This document shows, piece after piece, positions 48,328-61,269 of a stretch of DNA of 64,000 nt. The notes below the pieces were generated by a model. It was given only the letters and a program-made list of their open reading frames with translations. It was not told where the DNA came from and searched no databases. The position numbers and the translations under genes are program-made. The DNA is from Octopus vulgaris. Its lineage: Eukaryota. The stretch spans positions 60,078,001 to 60,142,000 of the forward strand of contig OX597820.1 in assembly GCA_951406725.2 (NCBI GenBank). Direction: 5' to 3'. The number at the start of each line of letters is the position of its first letter. The stretch's first letter is position 1.

Positions 48328-48535
48328 GGTTTCAAATTTTGGCACAAGGCCAGCAGGTTTGGGAAAGGGACAAATCGATTTAATCGACCCAAGTGTTCAA
48401 CTGGTACTTATTTTATCGACTCGAAAGGATGAAAGGCAAAGACGGCTCCATCGGAATTTGAACTCATAACATAAAGACAGAGGAATGCTGCTATGCATTT
48501 TGCCCGGTGTGCTCACGATTCTTCCAGCTCGCCAT
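48328..48535 (-). mobile_element. SINE family B variant (tail gctggccttgtgccaaaatttgaaacc)
   Basis: Reverse complement of the family B head and core with an alternative tail. Confidence 0.8.
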
Positions 48536-49084
48536 TTTTATAATAGAAATTTAAATATTAAAATCTAAAAGCTAGAGGAAAGAATTATTCCTTTAATAAA
48601 TACTTCAAAAAGTTTTGGTAATATTAAGCAGGATACATCATATTTTTTTTCTTGCAAATCCGATATGTTTAACATTGATTTCATAATAGGTGCTATAGAA
48701 GGCCATTCAAAAACATGTCAATGAAAATAAAAAAGGCTACCAGTTTAAGAAAGATCAGCTGTGCCAAGTTGTTACTTAGATTCTAAAGCATGCAAAGTAA
48801 ACAACGACAGTAAATGCTTGATGCAACAAAGAATTTCATCTAAATGTTCACGATTGGTGTTTCAACTAAACAATTTGGTGAAAATCTGATGTTGTAGCAG
48901 ATTTACTTGTGACTAAAGATGGAAGCAGATTGAGAATAAATTATTGGAAATAATCCCCGAAGGCTATGTCTTTAAAGGGTCGACACTTGTCTGGTCAATA
49001 CATATTTCAAATAAGGCCAGGAACTTCACGCAGCATCTGAAACAATAATATCAATAAATAATTAATAATAAATAAATAAATAGA

Positions 49085-49161
<77 letters not shown>

Positions 49162-49373
49162 CGTTTCTACTAAAGGCACAAAGCCTGAAATTTCTGGGGA
49201 GGGGACTAGTCGATTCATCGACCCCAGTGTTTCACCGGTACTTAATTTATCGACCCCGAAAGGATGAAAGGCAAAGTTGACCTTGGCAGAACTTGAACCC
49301 AGAGCGTAACGACAAACGAAATCCCTCTAAGCATTTCGTCCGGCGTGCTAACAATTCTGTCAGCTTGTCACCA
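49162..49373 (-). mobile_element. SINE family B variant (tail aaatttcaggctttgtgcctttagtagaaa followed by (TTA)n)
   Basis: Core atcgaccccgaaaggatgaaaggcaaag on the plus strand. (AAT)n/(AAAT)n tract at 49055-49160. Confidence 0.82.
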
Positions 49374-49485
49374 CCATGATGATGATGATGATGATGATGA
49401 TGACGATGACGATGACGACGACGATGACGGTGATGATGAAGATGACGATGACGACGACGATGATGATGATGATGATGATGATGAT

Positions 49486-49900
49486 GCATACCTGGGGATT
49501 CACGCGTAGACAACAAAGAGCTGGAAAAGATGGAAAAAAAATACAAACTACAAAATGACGAAATTGCAAGAATGTGGGCAATGAGGAGAGTAACTATTAT
49601 TCCATTAGTTGTAGGGGCACTCGGAACACTAACGACCTGGTTCGAGAAATGTGTCAGAGAAAGTGGAATTGACATGAGAGTACAGCAGGCCCCCAAAACC
49701 TGTTTTATTGGGGGCAGCTAGGATTTTGGGATTGGTGCTTGAGTGTTGAGTGTTTTCCACGATAGGTTGACATCTAAGTACCAAAACTTATAGTTTGCAG
49801 AAAGAGACCCCGTGAGATCTCTGATGAAAGGTTGCTGTCTGCTCTCTCAGAATCAATTAGAGCAACTAAGATCGAGAGCTCTGAGAAATTAAATAATAAT
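49486..49900 (+). mobile_element. R4/Dong-clade LINE 3' fragment
   Basis: IPGDSRVDNKELEKMEK..EIARMWAMRRVTIIPLVVGALG is the RLE-domain C-terminus. Short (TAA)n tail. Confidence 0.75.
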
Positions 49901-50109
49901 GATTTCAAATTTTGGCACAATATCTACAATTTTCAGAGGAGTGGGTAAGTCAATTACATCGACCCCAGTGTTCAACTAATACTTATTATTATTGGATGAA
50001 AGGCGAAGTCGAGCTCGGCAGAATTTGAACTCAGAACTTAGCGACGGACGACTTGCCGCTGAGTATTTCGTTCGACTAACGATTCTGCCTTAGTAATATC
50101 GGAGATCCC

Positions 50110-50517
50110 GGATCTTTTCGGTTTGAACGGCAGTTTTTTAAAATAATTTCCACGTAAATTAACCTTTTTAAACTTCGTATACTAGTAGAATGTGTTTATA
50201 AAACATCTTTTTCTCTTTGGTTTATTGAGAACATTCTATAGTTTGTAAGATATTTGTTGTTTTTTTCTTCAATTTCTGCAATTTCAACCAATCAATGACG
50301 TCTATTGAGGTGAAAACATTCTGTGCCGTATGAATATGTTCCTCGTTTAAGAAACAGATTGGGTTTATTTACATTTGGAAGAAAAAAAGATACCCTTCCC
50401 CCCACCCTAACCCTAAAACAGATTGAAATGCAATAGATCGATACTAGGGTTATAATTATGGGTGACAATTTCATATGACACCGCTAGAAAAAACTGCCGT
50501 TCAAACCGAAAAGATCC
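50110..50517 (-). mobile_element. Merlin-type MITE, second complete copy (opposite orientation to 38043)
   Basis: TIRs GGATCTTTTCGGTTTGAACGGCAGTTTTT and a perfect 8-bp TSD GAGATCCC (50102-50109 / 50518-50525). Confidence 0.92.
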
Positions 50518-50815
50518 GAGATCCCCTTTGGTCACGAATGACCATGGGATTGCTCATAGAAACTTACCCGCTGAGGCACAAGTCCGGGCAAGGTTGTTTA
50601 TGGAAGCCTCATCCCTCCACGCCACCGATGTTATCCAAGGGAAAGGCAAAGGACGATACAGCTTGGCACCAGTGACGTCGCAACTAGCTGAATGAACTGG
50701 AGCAACGTGAAATAAAGTGTCTTGCTCAAGAACACAACACGCAGCCCGGTCCGGGATTCGATCTCACAACCTCACGGTCGTAAGTTCGACGCTCTAACCA
50801 CTGTGCCACGCGCCC
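50518..50815 (-). mobile_element. SINE family C (tRNA-derived, CORE/V-like centre)
   Basis: Minus strand: gggcgcgtggcacagtggttagagcg...gatcgaatcccgg head, then gtgttgtgttcttgagcaagacacttt. Homologous to 56691-57025. Confidence 0.82.
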
Positions 50816-50880
50816 TCACGCCTTAGTAATAGTAATAATAATCCTGTCTACTAAAGGCACAAGGCCTGAAATAATAATAA

Positions 50881-51427
50881 TAAATGCCCTGATGCAGTAC
50901 CAGGCAGTGACTTTCATGGCTTCTGATCTTAACTGATTGGAAATGTTATCATGTACATTGTTTTGTCTTGGTATAAAAAATGGGCTACAGCAAATATTCT
51001 GTTCAATACCACAGTTTGACCATAACCAGTTGAGCATGTCTCTTAGTGGCTGACGATATGTACATCTCTGATCACGAGCAGAAGTAGTGGGGGAGCATCG
51101 TAGCCATGTGTTGAGAGGAGTTCTTTGAGGTTAGAATAAATCACTTCTGGAAACGTGGGTGTTTTGTTCATCATCCTTAAACAAACCTTATTCAGGGGCT
51201 TTTTGAGCGCGATGGGTTACTCGATCTGAACAAAATTCTAACTGGGCACCACCTGCAAGGTCACGTGCTATTTACCTTGGTATGAGATCACCAAGTCACG
51301 AACATATAGTTGTGATGCATGTGCTTGGTGTACCAGTATCAGGCGGGTAGTGATGATGGGTATACTGGGCTTCGTATATTTTACTCCAGTGTCACTTTGA
51401 TGGTATGCACTGCTCTCTCACTCAATG

Positions 51428-51498
<71 letters not shown>
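50881..51498 (+). repeat. Unclassified interspersed repeat bounded by (AAT)n tracts
   Basis: ~540 bp of higher-complexity sequence between (AAT)n at 50870-50883 and a long (AAT)n at 51423-51498. No ORF recognised. Confidence 0.4.
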
Positions 51499-51499
<1 letters not shown>

Positions 51500-51632
51500 G
51501 TTTCAAATTTTTCCACAAGGGTAGGAATTTTTTGGGGAGGGGATGAGTTGATTACATCGACTGGTACTTAATTTATCGATCCAGCGATTCCTCCATTAGC
51601 AAGAAATAAAACTGAATAATGGCATACACAGA

Positions 51633-51673
<41 letters not shown>

Positions 51674-51747
51674 GATACCCTTCCCCCCACCCTAGCCCTA
51701 AAACACATTGAAATGCAATAGATCGATACTAGGGTTATAATTATGGG

Positions 51748-51879
51748 TGATTAAGTCTTTCCTTGTTTGTTTTGCAAAATAGTGGTTTTGTCTCTAATAA
51801 TATTATATAATATTTTACTATAAAATTGGATTTAATCCTAAATCTGATTTTTCCCTGTAAATTTGGATTTATTCCCTAA

Positions 51880-51932
<53 letters not shown>

Positions 51933-52168
51933 AATATTAGGGAATAAATCCAAATTTACAGGGAAAAAATCAGATTTAGGATTAAATCCAATTTTATAGT
52001 AAAATATTATATAATATTATTAGAGACAAAACCACTATTTTGCAAAACAAACAAGGAAAGACTTAATCAATACATAAAATTTTAATAAAAAGTCTTTTGA
52101 CTTTTTATTAAAATTTTATGTATTGATTAAGTCTTTCCTTGTTTGTTTTGCAAAATAGTGGTTTTGTC

Positions 52169-52174
<6 letters not shown>
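51748..52174. repeat. Compound inverted repeat (two overlapping palindromes)
   Basis: 51748-51885 is the reverse complement of 51931-52069 around a (TA)n spacer. 52019-52094 is the reverse complement of 52099-52174 around TTTT. Confidence 0.93.
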
Positions 52175-52225
<51 letters not shown>

Positions 52226-52939
52226 GTATGTATGTATGTATGTATGTATAATACACAGTACAGGCAATTTTTGTTTGGTTTATATATAACAAATTTCTGA
52301 AATTACATTTGAGGGTTCTTACGTATAATGCACTCATAATTCTAAGTTTAAAAATCTGTGGAAAAGTGTTTAATATCCACGGATAAATATGATAATATAT
52401 TTATAAACCTAGTAAAAATAGCTAGAAACTATAGAACACTTGTAATTTCTATTTTTTATTTTTCCACATTTTTTTTCAACATTTGTGTGTTTAAATACTG
52501 ACATCTGTCAATATATGAAAATTCAACGATGTATAGAGTGACGTCCCTTGTATAAGAATAGTTTATACAGAGTGACCTCTCTTGGGTGCAATCTAAATCA
52601 AAACCAATATTCTTTTCGGAAAAATATGAATAGTGGTTCTTTTTCGCACCACACCTTCAACTTTTGGACTGAAAATTTTTACAGATGATTTCAGCGTGTT
52701 GAGCTATTGAAATGTAAGGCCGAAATGAAATAAGAAGCGTAAAAGTTCTCGTAGAGTCAGAAATATATTGGAAAAGATAAAAATGATGACGAAAGTTAGT
52801 GGATATTTAAATTTTATTTGCCTACAAAATATTTCATTACGTAGTGCTTTCTAACCTTTTTATTATTAATTTCTCCAAGCAGGCGCAAGATTGAGAGAGA
52901 ATGTTTTGGTTTTCGTAACAGGCTTGAAAAATACATGTG

Positions 52940-53130
52940 AAAATTTAGGCACAAAGCCAGCAATTTTGGTGGGTGGGGGTTAGTACTTGACTGGTACTTT
53001 ATTTTATCGACCCTGGAAAGGTGAAAGACAAAATTGACCACGGCGGGATTTGAACTCAGAATGTAAAGAGCCGTTACAAATATCACAAGGCGGCTTTTGT
53101 TTTGACTCTCTAACGATTCTGCCAACTTCC
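52940..53130 (-). mobile_element. SINE family B variant, degenerate
   Basis: actggtacttt.attttatcgaccc.ggaaaggtgaaag...atttgaactcagaa. Confidence 0.7.
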
Positions 53131-53491
53131 TGATAATAATAAGCTGCGATTTAAATATAAATTTGGTAAAATCCACAGCATGATTTCAATACTTAATTGA
53201 GAGCTAAACAGTGCTGATTGACTAAAATTAAAGATAAAAAATAAAAGCACAGTCATATATGTAAAGTATCCTTCCCTTTTTTATTATTAATTTCTCATAC
53301 AAAAAAAAAAAAAGGACAGTTGTGATTTTCGTAAGTGAATGTGAACGAACGCAACCCCCGCCCAAAACTGCAGAAATGTTTTGCTCAGATTTGTGTGGAC
53401 ATTTTTCATGAAAGGGAGCCGAGTACGTTATCTCTGAAGAGCACCAATAAACCGTAAAACTTCCTGTTAGGAGACTCCCCAATTCTCTTTA

Positions 53492-53655
53492 GGAGCAGGC
53501 ATGGCTGTGTGGTTAAGAGGTTCACCCCACAACAACGTATTTGCGGGTTCCTTCTCTTGCGTGACATCTTAGACAAATGGTTTCTACTATAACTCCAGAC
53601 CGACCAATGCTTTGTGAGTGAATTTGGTTCACAGAAAGTGTATTGAAATCCCGTA

Positions 53656-53732
<77 letters not shown>

Positions 53733-53905
53733 TGTGTGTGTACGCGCGCGTTTATGTGCGTGCGTTTGTGTGTGTATGTGTGTGCGGCTGCAGTAGAACA
53801 CGTACAAAGCTTTTTGAAAAAGATGTGTACTGGGTTTGATTTGGTTGACTAAATCTCTTGATGTTGGTACCCGGTCATGACTAAAACAAGTTGAGGAATA
53901 AAATT
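53492..53905 (+). mobile_element. SINE family A, degenerate, with an expanded internal (TG)n
   Basis: Head aggagcaggcatggctgtgtggttaag, body ccgaccaatgctttgtgagtgaatttgg. Confidence 0.7.
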
Positions 53906-54092
53906 AAAAGAGGTAGTTTAAATCGAAAAGATCCCCTCACGTTATATACTTTCAGGCGTTTTTGAACAACATGTGATACAAGGTGCAATTCATTTATCAA
54001 TTTTGTGATATTATTCACGGTATGATTACAACACTTGGTTGAAGACCAAATATCTCTCCCTTCAAAACATCTAGTAATAGTTGCCTAGCGTA

Positions 54093-54710
54093 AGGCGGCG
54101 AGCTGGCAGAAACGTTAGCACGCCGGGCGAAATGCCTAGCGGTATTTCGTCTGTCGTTACGTTGTGAGTTCAAATTCCACCGAGGTCAACTTTGCCTTTC
54201 ATTCTTTCGGGGTCGATAAATTAAGTACCAGTTGCACACTGGGGTCGATGTAATCGACTTAATACCTATGTCTGTCCTTGTTTGTCCCCTCTATGTTTAG
54301 CCCCTTGTGGGTAATAAAGAAATAGGTATTTCGTCTGCCGCTATGTTCTGAGTTCAAATTCCGCCGAGGTCAACTTTGCATTTCATCCTTTCGGGGTCGA
54401 TTAAATAAGTACCAGTTACGCACTGGCGTCGATGTAATCGACTTAATCCCTTTGTCTGTCCTTGTTTGTCACCTCTATGTTTAGCCTCATGTGGGCAATA
54501 AAGAAATAAGAATCGTTTGCATGACGAACCAGATTCTTTGCAGCATTTCGTCTTCCTTTACGTCCTGAGTTAAAATTCCTCCGGGATCGACTTTACCCCC
54601 ACCTCATCCTTTTGGTGGATAAAATAAGTGCTAGTAGAGTACTGGGGTCGATGCAATCGACTTTCCCCCTCCCCGAAATTTCTGGCCTCGTTCCAAAATT
54701 TTAAACCAAT
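54093..54710 (+). mobile_element. Head-to-tail array of three SINE family B units
   Basis: Full copy 54093-54323, 5'-truncated copy 54325-54510, and a diverged variant-tail copy 54511-54710. Confidence 0.88.
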
Positions 54711-55209
54711 ATGTGTAGAGGATATGACAAAAGCAAATTAATAACAATTTTTATTGTGCTGAACTTTAGCTGTTTTCACGTTACTCTTTTTCAGATGAGA
54801 GTAATCGCCCTTCAACAGGGAAGATTTGTATGGACATTAAAATACAGAAAAAAATTTATCCGGCTTCCAGATATCCGGAAATACTGTGCAATAGACTGTA
54901 CCCAGTATTGAAAAAATAGACCCTGTTTTTGAAGTTGGGTAATCTGCATACGGTGTGTTAATAATAATTTTGTTCCTTATTATTTTTTTTGAAGTAGTTT
55001 GATGAAAATTAAACCTACCCTGCTTTAGAATTGTATTAATTACTATTAAATAAATACCAGTTACGCACTGTGGTCAATGTAATCGACTCAATCCCTTCCC
55101 CCAAATTTAAGGCCTTGTGCTTTCAATAGAAAGGATTAATTACTATCTGTAAAATAGCATCGTATTTGCTTTTCATTTAATTTTCATCCTATAAACATTA
55201 TAGTGCATA

Positions 55210-56298
55210 CAGGGTACGGTGGGTAGACTATCGCCCTGGCAGAAACGTTAGCACGCCGGGTTAAATGCGTAGCCGTTTTTCGTCTGCCGTTACGTTCTGG
55301 GTTCAAATTCCGCCGAGGTCGACTTTGCCTTTCATCCTTTCGGGGTCGATAAATTAAGTACCAGTTACGCACTGGGGTTGATGTAATCGACTTAATCCGT
55401 TTGTCTGTCCTTGTTTGTCCCCTCTGTGTTTAGCCCCTTGTGGGTAGTAAAGAAATATATATTTTTAATTACGCGCATGCGCATTGTTTTATTTGATTTT
55501 GTCGACTACACAGTATGGCAAGTTCTTAGTTGAGCACCGTCTGTGAGAAAAACAACACTATGGCGCAATTCACTCTGCCAGGAATTTGGAAACAACATGC
55601 TGTACTGCTTGGCATTCGCGCCGGAAGCTCCAATACGAACATTTCAGGGTGTTTGGGTGTCAGTCTGAGAACAGTGCAATCTGAGGACATGTACTGAGAA
55701 TGATAAAAATCAAACATCCAGTCAACACCGTTGTGTTTGGAGTTGATCACTAGTGATGGCGACGTTATGCCCCCATTCATCTTCTCACACGACCTCACAA
55801 CACGGAGGCCTATATCAAGTGCCTGGGGAAGGTAGTGCTGTTCTGGGTCAAGAGGGTGGCTGCTGGAAGACCCTAATTCTGGCAACAGGACTCTGCACCA
55901 TGTCACACAGGCAGGAGAACCCAGTAATGGCTATCAAATAATTTCTGCGACCACATCACCCCTAACATCTGGCCACCCAACTCTCCAGACTACAACCCCT
56001 TTGATTATTATGCGTGGGGCGCAGTTGAGCAAAAGATCAAAAATACTTGTAATACCAAAGACGAAGTGAAGACAAGGATTATGGCAGCATTCACCAATTT
56101 AAACAGAAGAGTTGCAGGAGATTCCGAAGTTGTCTGGAGGCCGTGGTTAAATCCAATGGCGATTTTATTGAATAAATTTACTCCTTAGTATTTCAAGATA
56201 TTTTTATGTAATTTTGGTAATTATATCTATTAAAATGATATGTCAGTGTTATTTTCATTTTTGCGTAATTTGGACGACAGTTTATTTACCGCACCCTG
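55210..56298 (+). mobile_element. Tc1/mariner (maT/DD37D-like) deletion derivative with SINE B (55236-55457) inserted at the inner edge of its left TIR
   Basis: TA|CAGGGTACGGT ... ACCGCACCCTG|TA. Remnants DGDVMPPFIF, WQQDSAPCH and IWPPNSPDYNPFDYYAWG. Confidence 0.8.
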
Positions 56299-56690
56299 TA
56301 CATGGTATTCGCTATAATATCTTATGAATTTTAAATGGATTAATAAATATTAAACAGGCCCTGCTTTAGAGGTGAATAAATTTGAATATGTTGAACATAA
56401 AATGGCCATTTACATTTTAAAATAATTCATTTAATATTTTAAGTATATATCTTGACTGTCTCCAGAAAACCAGAAAATCCGGGACAATTCCGGTCCCAAG
56501 CTTTCCGGATAATTGGTCGGGTACTGTATATTTTATCCCCCAAGTCTCCCAAGAATTTGAAATAACAATTAAAGAAATAATTATATACAATGTTTTGAAA
56601 AAATTTATATTTATTAACAATGACACAATCGTGGCTGTGTGATTACGAAGGTTGCTTCCTAACCACATGTATGTATGTATGTATGTGTGA

Positions 56691-57025
56691 AGGCACAAGG
56701 CTCTGTGGTTAGAGCGTCGGGCTCACAACCATGAGATAGTGAGTTCTATTCCCGGACAGGGATGTGTTTTCCGTTCTTGAGGAATACAATTTATTTCACG
56801 TTGCTCCAGTCCACTAAGCTGTAGAAATGAGTTGTGACGTCACTGGCGCCAAACTGTATCAGCCTTTGCCTTTCCCTTGGATAACATCGGTGGTGTGGAG
56901 AGGAGAGGCTGGCATGCATTGGCGACTGCTGGTCTTCCATAAATAACTTAGCCCGGACTTGTGCTTCGACGGGAAACTTTCTAGGTGCAATTCCATGGTC
57001 ATTCATGACCGAGGTGGGTGGGGCT
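56691..57025 (+). mobile_element. SINE family C
   Basis: tRNA-like head ggctctgtggttagagcgtcgg...gagttctattccc. Body shared with 50518-50815. Confidence 0.8.
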
Positions 57026-57261
57026 TTATCTATGTATGTATGTATGTATGTATGTATGTATGTATGTATGTATGTATGTATGTATGTATGTATGTATGTA
57101 TGTATGTATGTATGTATGTATGTATACATGCATGTATGTCTGTAGGTATGTATGTATGTATGCATGTATGTGTATGCATATATGTGTGAGTGTGTGTGTG
57201 TGTGTGTGTGCATGTGTGTGCGCGCGCGCGCGCGTGTGTATGTATGTATATATGCATGCAA

Positions 57262-58055
57262 GTATGTATGTATGTATGTCATTATTCAGTTTTATTTCAA
57301 GATTTCTTACCAATACAGAAAAAGCCGGTTTCTAATCTAGAGCCAAGGCTCCTTTATTGGAATTTTAGCAACATCGACTGGGTATTTATGTATATATGTA
57401 TATATGTATGTATGCATGCATGTATGTACGTATGCAGTATTTGGAGTTAGTGCATGTGCAGATTTATATGTTTTGTTTTATGTATGTATTTTCATAAATG
57501 TAGCTGCGTGTCTAGACACGCTCATATATACTGAAATGATAAATTTCTGGAAAGTTTTACAGATGTTTACAGTTCCAGTGATAGCTTGGATCTGCAGTCT
57601 TTGAATCAACTTTCTCCTTTCTGGTTTTGAGAAGCCTAATTTCTCAAGATTGGTATTCAAACAGTGTGTTGCATGTCCCAGTGCTCTAATAATTACAGGT
57701 ATAAACTTAGAACTTTTAATCTGGGTAGAGTAACTGTAAATCTTTTCACAGGTATTTCTTTTTTCGCTGATCTTTAGCTTAATATTAAGATCCGCTGGGC
57801 AGCTGATTTCCGCAACTGTACACAGTTTCTCTTTATCCCAAATCATTTATTCTTTTACTATTTTACTTGTTTCAGTCATTTGACTGTGGCCATGCTGGAG
57901 CACCCCTTTAGTCGAGTAAATCGACCCCAGGACTTATTCTTTGTAAGCCTAATACTTATTCTATCGGCTCATTTGCCGAACCGCTAAGTTACGAGGACAT
58001 AAACACATCACCATCGGTTGTCAAGCGATGTGGGTGGACAAACACAGACACACAA

Positions 58056-58132
<77 letters not shown>

Positions 58133-59215
58133 TATATATATACACACACACACACACATACATATATATACACACACACACACACATACACATACATGTG
58201 TACAACGGGCTTCTTTCAGTTTCCGTCTACCAAATCCACTCACAAGGCTTTGGTCGGCCCGAGGCTAGCAGAAGACACTTGCCCAATGTGCCATGCAGTA
58301 GGACTGAACCCGGAACCATGTGGTTGGTAAGCAAGCTACTAACCACCCACCCACTCCTACACTGCTATGTTTACATTTTAATGAGATTTTTACTGGGGTA
58401 TTCCATTAGTACTCCTTATGAGTGGCTATGTGTCCCACCACACTGTGGGTTTTTATTTCACTGGCCTCAGAGTTATCCTTCGGACGGATCTCATTATACA
58501 GTGCCTTAGCTACATCATGTCTCATCGGTAGACAATACTGTGTGTTATTTTCGGACAACTGCTTATGACGTGGGTGTTATCTTCAATGTTAACCCCATAA
58601 AGACTGCATCGGTTGTCACATTTTGCTGGTTTTCCTGTGTCTCTGTCTCTTTTGTGCATCAGGTTGATATTTCCTGTTTCAGGATTGCAAACGCATACCC
58701 TTCAAAATGGAAGTTAGTAAACTGGTTGTTGGTCCATGATAGACTGCTTTGATGATCAATGTTAGTATCATCCTGGAGCTTACTGCTAACATATCCATGC
58801 ATTGTCTTCTGCTGATATACGCCCACCCTTTCATCTGATGATATGCTGCGACAGAGTTGTACGACTTCTTTGGGCTTGTGTTTAAAGTTTTTAGACAAAG
58901 AATGCTGCTCAAAGAGCTGCTTTCCAAGTCTTATGTTATTAGCCTTATTTATACAAACTTGGTCAAGGGATGCACTTCGACACTTGGTGGTTAAAAGATG
59001 TCGAAAAGATATGATACGACATTCAAAGGCAGTCTGGATCGATATTAAGCCTCTGCCGCTTTGTTTTCGTTTTAGGTAGATAGGTCTACGTCACTGTTGA
59101 TGCGGAAATTATGTGTGCTGGTTAGTATCTTCTGGATTTTCACATCAATGGCTCGGATCTCATCAAGCGTCGAGTCAAGTAGCCCAAATGTTGGTATGAA
59201 TACTGGCACTGCAAA
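57262..59215 (-). mobile_element. R4/Dong-clade LINE, 5'-truncated, interrupted by SINE A (57846-58360)
   Basis: Minus-strand FAVPVFIPTFG..RKQSGRGLISI, CCHC-like CR..EDNTHVISSCP and RLE tail IWDKEKLCTVAEISCPAD..FIPVIIRALG. The 3' UTR ends in (CATA)n, and (TATG)n also flanks the 5' end. Confidence 0.8.
57846..58360 (-). mobile_element. SINE family A with an expanded internal (CA)n
   Basis: Reverse complement of the family A head and tail. Confidence 0.9.
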
Positions 59216-60181
59216 CATGTATGTATGTATGCATGTATGTATGTATGTATGTATGTATGTATGTATGTATGTATGTATGTATGTATGTATGTATGTATGA
59301 TGAAATATTACTTTGCTTTGAAACGGGTTAGGGTTGCTGACAAGAAAAGCATTTGGCGATAGAAAATCTGCTTCAATAAACTCTATCTAACCCCATACAG
59401 ATATAGAAAAGTGGACGTTAAAACGCTAATGATGAATGTTATATTACATGAATTAAATTTCCATGGCACTTAGCCAGGTTGCTTTTGCACTGGCAATGGT
59501 GAGAGCAAGAGAGAAATCTGGATAATTTTAACTAGCTAAATTAAAAACTGACTTGTTCTCTTGCGATGACTTTATAATATTACAGAGTGGCTAAACCGAG
59601 GTTTGTGAGCCACACGTAGATGTTTGACTGTTAATATGCGGCGCTTTGACCATTAATATATGTTGCTCATGGAAATTTTCTGGCTGAGCTCTTTTTTCAT
59701 CAAGTTAAATAAGAAGAAAAAAAATCAAGTTTTATTATTAATTATTCGGTATGAGTTGATACTAGTAGTGTAGTACTGCGAGAAGAGTTTTTCTTATTTT
59801 TGTGGGAAGAAGAAACGACAGTTCCCGACAAGTTCAAATAAACCCAAATATAAAATTGTAATGAATTTTAAAAATTTCCATCCCTTCTATTTTAGTTTTG
59901 TATTATCTGGCTTTTCAATATGTTTCTCTGGATTTTCGCTATGTTTCACTATGTTTATAAATATAAATTTATAAGGATATGATTATTTTCATGTAGGATG
60001 TTATTTTAAACACTCTTTTTAAAAACAAGCTATAGTGTGTCACACACACACTCGAAAGCGACAACAAATAGGAACATTTATTTGATATCTCTTCCGTTCT
60101 TTATTTTTCACTACTTGCCATATTTCTCTTTTTACAATAGTCATTGACGGATTATCCGCTTAGAGTAATATTGTACTCAAT

Positions 60182-60375
60182 AAGGCGGATTCGTTAGCAC
60201 GCCGGGCAAAACGCATAGCGGCATTTCGTCCGTCTTTACGTTCTGAATTCAAATTCCGCCGAGGTCGACCTTCTTCCGGGGTTGATAAAATAAATACCAG
60301 TCAAGTACTGTGGTCGATGTAATCGACTAGCCTACGCCCCCAAAATTTCAGGCCCTGTGCCTATAATAGAAAGGA
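60182..60375 (+). mobile_element. SINE family B variant
   Basis: gttagcacgccgggc...gaattcaaattccgccgaggtcgac...aaatttcaggccctgtgcctataatagaaagg. Confidence 0.8.
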
Positions 60376-61269
60376 CTGATTAACTCAATTTATATTATTT
60401 TACTTCACGATGAAGTTTCCTCCCTAATACAGCAACGAGCAACAATCAATTCTAAATGATAGTGCTAAATCTGACTGAGGTATTGTTCCTTAGTGCTGAG
60501 GGTAGGAATGGTGAGAGGCAGAGGGATAAAAAAAAACTTAAGGTTAGAAAAGATTACAGAAGAATATCAAAAGACAGAAGTTAAGGGAAACAGGGTTGAA
60601 GATTTGGGTGCGCAGAGGAGTTTAGCGAAGGAAGTCGCTAATGAAGATGTCAGCACTTTAACGACTGTACTGGGTCATTAATTCAATGGTTGTATTATAC
60701 CTCTAGTGCAGTAAGTGATAACAAACACTTGTATCAGTGCGTGAACAACTTCGAATCCAAGGTTTTATTCAGGTGCATAACAAACGAATTCATACTGAGT
60801 AGACAATGTTCAGTTAGGTTATCTGAGATTGACGTAAAAAGTTTCTGAACATCTTGCTAATGTTCCACGATGACAGTGAGGAAATAGGGAGGAATTCAAA
60901 CTACAAAAATTACTTTCAGGCAGGCACTAGGCGTAGAATACCATAGCGAGTTACTGGTAGGAAAGAATATAGATTCCTTATGCCTGGCTCTCTTAGAGAA
61001 GAAAAGAGAGATTCAACTGGAATTCGTTCTTAAGTAGGCGATATCGCTTCTAACGTCCTCCTGTGTGTGGTTTAGCAGTTACGCCTTGTATGCTAGCAAA
61101 GGAGGAGCTAAACTCGGTTGCTTGAAATGTTCTAGAATATTCGAAAGGGGAGATAACTGTAATTGACTCACAGCTAATATATGGCGTGCGAACCTGTTTC
61201 AAATAGCATTGCCTTCAGGAGGGTTGAAACTGGCCATAGATGGTCTTCAGCATCTAACCTCGACCATTC

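Noticed and set aside
49247-49696. Poly-His/poly-Met/poly-Ile ORFs
   Set aside because: Produced by a (GAT)n/(GAC)n trinucleotide tract between a SINE and a LINE fragment.
50740-50815. tRNA-like sequence with A and B boxes
   Set aside because: It continues into a SINE body shared with 56691-57025 and lacks a proper acceptor stem. It is a SINE head, not a tRNA gene.
54850-56530. Repeated TCCGGA-type motifs suggesting a pogo/Tigger MITE surrounding the maT element
   Set aside because: Only one plausible terminus (~56528) could be identified and no matching left TIR.
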